Assembly: GCF_963921235.1 (NCBI RefSeq)
Contig: NC_086107.1
Location: forward strand, 50,592,001 to 50,656,000
Origin: Mobula hypostoma
Lineage: Eukaryota
DNA length: 64,000 nt
Reading direction: 5' to 3'
The position numbers and the translations under genes are program-made. The notes under the pieces were generated by a model. The model did no database searches, was not told the DNA's origin, and saw nothing but the letters and a program-made list of their open reading frames with translations. How positions within the stretch are numbered: the stretch's first letter is position 1; each line of letters opens with the position of its first letter. Positions 60,271-64,000 of this stretch are shown here, piece by piece.

Positions 60271-62159
60271 ATAATACTTCATAACAATACATCAAGATGA
60301 CTTTATAACTGCATTTATTTCTCATAGTAGTATTCCATTTGGTTTAATTACTTAATATTCCCCCTTGTGATTACAATGGAGTCAAGCTGTACGTATTTTG
60401 GCAAATATAAAATATTTTCAATACCAATATGAATAGCTGATTAATGTTACATAAAAATGAAGCATTTTAGTTTCAAGGTTCACAAAGGGGTGAAAATAAT
60501 TTTGTTGAAAGTCTTGTTTTTGCATTCCAGGGTTCATGAGAGAATCTACAAATTAAATGTTTTGTGATCCAAGTCTATGAAAATCACAACCACAGAAATT
60601 AATATTATTATATTGGCTACTATGTAGTGCATTCAGTGAGTTACATTCAAGATAAACCAGTCAGAGATGTAAACTTGAGAAAAGATTTTAAAAATAAAAT
60701 TAAGGGATGAAGTCTGAGAAAATATTGCCAACCCAGGTAAAGGATTTGGAATTCCATTGCGTATTTGAATATTTGTACATGCTACGCAATGGCATTTTGT
60801 TTAAGGCTAAGTCATTAAAGTTGACAATATATACGTGACATGCTTCCAGAAATTCATTTATGATACTCAGTGTGTAACGTATACAGTATACTTATATATT
60901 TAGTCTGCTGAATTGAGTAAGACAATCTTGTGCTTTTCCTAGAATGGGTGGATCCTACAAGTCTAAACTACAAGGCAGCCCCTGGGTTTCTTAGAATTCA
61001 ATTCCAGCAGGCTGGATGATTCATTCCTTAGGTAGCTTCCTGTTATACTTTTATCCCCTCTAGCCCTAATCATCACATTCTTTACCTCTGAAGGCTGATA
61101 TCACTTTGTTAAGCAAATACTTATGGTGTCCATGCTCATATAACCCGTAGACACTTGAGGGCATATCTTCTTCAACAGTACACCATGGAAGGAAATTGCA
61201 GAGCCTAAGTAATACATTGTAAAAATATTTGCATCTGTTACATAGCTTGTGCTTACTTACTGATTCAAACATGCACCATTTGCTCTGCAGTACTGATCTT
61301 TGCCAGGGTGATGTTGCTGATAGACAAGTATAAAATCTCACTGCTTCAATCATCCTAGCTCTAACTCTGCACTGCTTTGGTTAATGTAAGATTCATTTGT
61401 TGTTAGTGTATTGCCATTTATTTCAATTGGGTTAATAACTGTGATCAACCAATACTCAAAGGAATTCTCTGCAAACACATTGTACAGTGAGTACCGGAGA
61501 TAATTAAGCACTGGGATATTCCTTTTTATGTCATGAATCCCATGCTATGAAGTGTGCAAAATAATAAATGAGAAATGAAATTGACCATTGACTGTTTTAT
61601 AATAGCCTTTCACAAAATTCCTACCTAACATACTGAATCAGCTGTTGAAATGCTTAATCTTGCTTCCAATCTACAATGAAAAAGATGCAGGGGGCACACC
61701 TGCAGACAACATTCCTCTCCACTACAGTCTAAAGTACACAAGCCTGTGGAACTAAGGACGTGAGTCACATGATGCAAGCACCCTGTAGCCAGCTTCTATG
61801 ATTAAGACATCATTATGATGAACCATGCAGTATGGATTGCCTGCAATCACTTTATTAAAATCATTTCATCATTTTCAGATGCTTTCTGACAAACTCAATC
61901 TGATTGCAGGAAATAAAAAGACACTTATCAACCTTTTTCTGGTTCATACCAAAGAATAGTCTTAACTTGTCTGCTTTCACGTGCCAGGTCTGTTTACAAT
62001 ATGATAACTCTATTAATGTTTTCAAAGCAAAAATAAAGCAGCACAATCAATGGAACATAAATTTCAAGGGAATGGTAAATATTGCAGAACTGTAATTGCA
62101 CTCAGTGGATTTGAAGAATGTGGCTAGAATGATTCTCCTTTTCCTTAGTACATTTCTGT

Positions 62160-62925
62160 GAATTTACTTCATAAATGGTAGAGACATTATTGGAGATGAT
62201 TCTCATGGATAGGATTTATGAGCATTTGGAAAATCATGGCCTTACTTAGGACAATCAGCATGGTTTGTGGCATACAAATTGTGTCTTCCTAACTTGATTG
62301 AAAGAGGTAGTGAAGGTTATTGATGATGGAAGAACTGAGGATGTAGTCTAAATGGATTTTAGTAAGGTGTTTGATAAGGTCCCTCATGATAGGCTCATCC
62401 AGAAGATTAAGATGCATTGGATCAACAGAGAATTGCTGTTTGTATTCAGGATTGGTTTGCTCCTAGAAGACAGAGGACAGTGCTTGATGGGGATTAACCA
62501 CTAGTGGTGTTCTGCAGGGATCCATGCTGGGACTTCTGCTGTCTGTGATATATATATAAATCACCAGGATGGAAATATAAATGGATAGATTAGTAAGTTT
62601 ACTGATAATACAAATATTGGTGCTGTGGATAGTGTAGACAATACAGAGGAACATCATAGATCAGATGCATATATGGGTAGTGAAATGACAGTAGGAGTGG
62701 TGGGTGACTGGAATGCACAGCCAGGCGAGGTTGTGGAGGAAATATGATAAAAGCACTCAGGAATCTTTTAGATAGGCACATGAACATATAGAGAATGGAG
62801 GGATGTCGTCATTATATAGGCAAAAAGGATTAGTTTAGTTAGGCATTTAATTATTATTTTAATTAGTTTAGCACACCATGGTGGATCAAAGGGCCCGTTC
62901 CTTTGCTCTGCTATTTAATCTTCTA
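62160..62925 (+). mobile_element. Decayed, internally deleted CR1
   Basis: DNQHG, MDFSKVFDKVPH, SGVLQGSMLG, SKFTDN remnants and a CR1 3' UTR. Confidence 0.75.
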
Positions 62926-63084
62926 CTTTGCAAGTCTCTTTTGTTATTTTACCAGATCATTTTCTTTCAAGCTAGACAGACATTCACTTTCTAGAATGAA
63001 AGTTTCTCATCAGACATAATGAAAAATTGGTCCTAAAGTCAACTGTCCTCTGGTAGTTTTGCAGAAGAGTACCATGTTAGCATA

Positions 63085-63350
63085 GCTTGTGATGTTGGAG
63101 TTCAGAGTTCAATTCCAATGTCATTTGTAAGGAGCGTATATGTCCCCTAATTAACTGTTACTGCAGTACAGTAGCCTAGCTGTTCGTGGAACACTGTACA
63201 GCAACAGAAGTCACTGATCAGAGTTCAATTCCCACTGCTGTCTGTAAGGACTTTGTATATTCTCCCTGTAACTACATGGGTTCCATATGGGTGCACCGGT
63301 TTCTTTACAATCCAGAGATGTACCAGTTAGAAGGTTAGTTGGTCACAGGA
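63085..63350 (+). mobile_element. Two HE1/V-SINE-like fragments
   Basis: GAGTTCAATTCC B-boxes followed by TGTAAGGA..TGTAT.TTCTCCC.GT..ATGGGT..GGGTGC.CCGGTTTC. Confidence 0.6.
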
Positions 63351-63409
63351 ACCAGCTTCCCTGTGTGGTCTCTGTCTAGACTTCTCACTGCCTTGGTAAG
63401 GCAATGACC

Positions 63410-63757
63410 CCAGAAATGCTCTCTTCTTCCCTCTCCCAATGGATAGAACACACAGAAACCAGAAAGCCATGCCACCAGGCTCAAGGACAGCTTCTATCCC
63501 ACTGTTATTTTGAATAAACCTCTTGTACAAAGATGATCTCTTGGCTTCACAATCTACTTCATTATGATCTTGCACATCATCATTTACCTGAACTGCAGTT
63601 ACTTCAGTAGCTTTTGCACTTTATTGTGCATTGTTAATGTTTAACCTTATTCTAGCTAAGTGCAGTGTGTAATGAATTGATCTCTATAAACATTATCCAA
63701 GACTTACTTTTCACTGTAACTTGGTACATGTGACAATTATAAACCAATACCAATGCC
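63410..63757 (+). mobile_element. Rex1-type 3' end remnant
   Basis: CCACCAGGCTCAAGGACAGCTTCTATCCC..GTACATGTGACAATTATAAACCAATACCAAT. Confidence 0.6.
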
Positions 63758-64000
63758 AGTTATACAGTTATATAAGATATTGGTGAGGCTGTACTTGGGG
63801 TATTGTGTACAGCTTTAGTCACCCTGTTACAGTGCAAAAAAAGAGTGCAAGAAAGATTGACCAGGATGTTGCCTGGATGGAAGAGTACAGGATGGGCTGA
63901 GTTATGTGTAGACATGGATTTTATTCCCTGGAATATAGGAGATTGGGGAGTGACCTGAAAGATGTATGTGAGATCATGAGAGGCAGAGACAGTGTGAAAG
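63758..64000 (+). mobile_element. CR1 fragment running off the window end
   Basis: LYKILVRLYLGYCVQL, RVQERLTRMLPG remnants. Confidence 0.7.

Noticed and set aside
61066-61353. 95-aa Cys-rich ORF as a host exon
   Set aside because: LCNFLPWCTVEE..KYLLNKVI resembles a decayed CR1 ORF2 C-terminus.
1-64000. Prokaryotic systems (retron, DGR, CRISPR, operons) suggested by many RT ORFs
   Set aside because: All RTs are eukaryotic LINE, Penelope or Gypsy types with tails, TSDs and decay. There is no repeat-spacer array and coding density is very low.

Overview
Eukaryotic, repeat-dominated intergenic or intronic DNA with no host protein-coding exon I can recognise. The repeat set (HE1/V-SINE-like and DeuSINE-like SINEs, abundant CR1, Rex1/Babar, Penelope) points to a cartilaginous fish, probably a ray or shark; this is inference. 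Nearly all ORFs in the track are fragments or antisense shadows of decayed transposons. These include Rex1/Babar, CR1, L2, L1, RTE and Hero/R2-like LINEs, Penelope-like elements, one old Gypsy LTR element with nested insertions, a Tc1 transposon and a composite hAT MITE. The most interesting signals are catalytic RNAs in mobile elements. (1) A 704-bp non-coding retroelement (26434-27137, 12-bp TSD) folds at its 5' end into a near-canonical genomic-HDV-type ribozyme with an extra hairpin in L3. (2) Minimal type I hammerhead ribozymes occur in the Penelope ends, including both arms of a 2.3-kb near-perfect palindrome and in mini-hairpin derivatives that break at the ribozyme. Several AT-rich, repeat-free islands look like conserved non-coding regulatory elements. 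All family names come from motif recognition by eye, not database searches.
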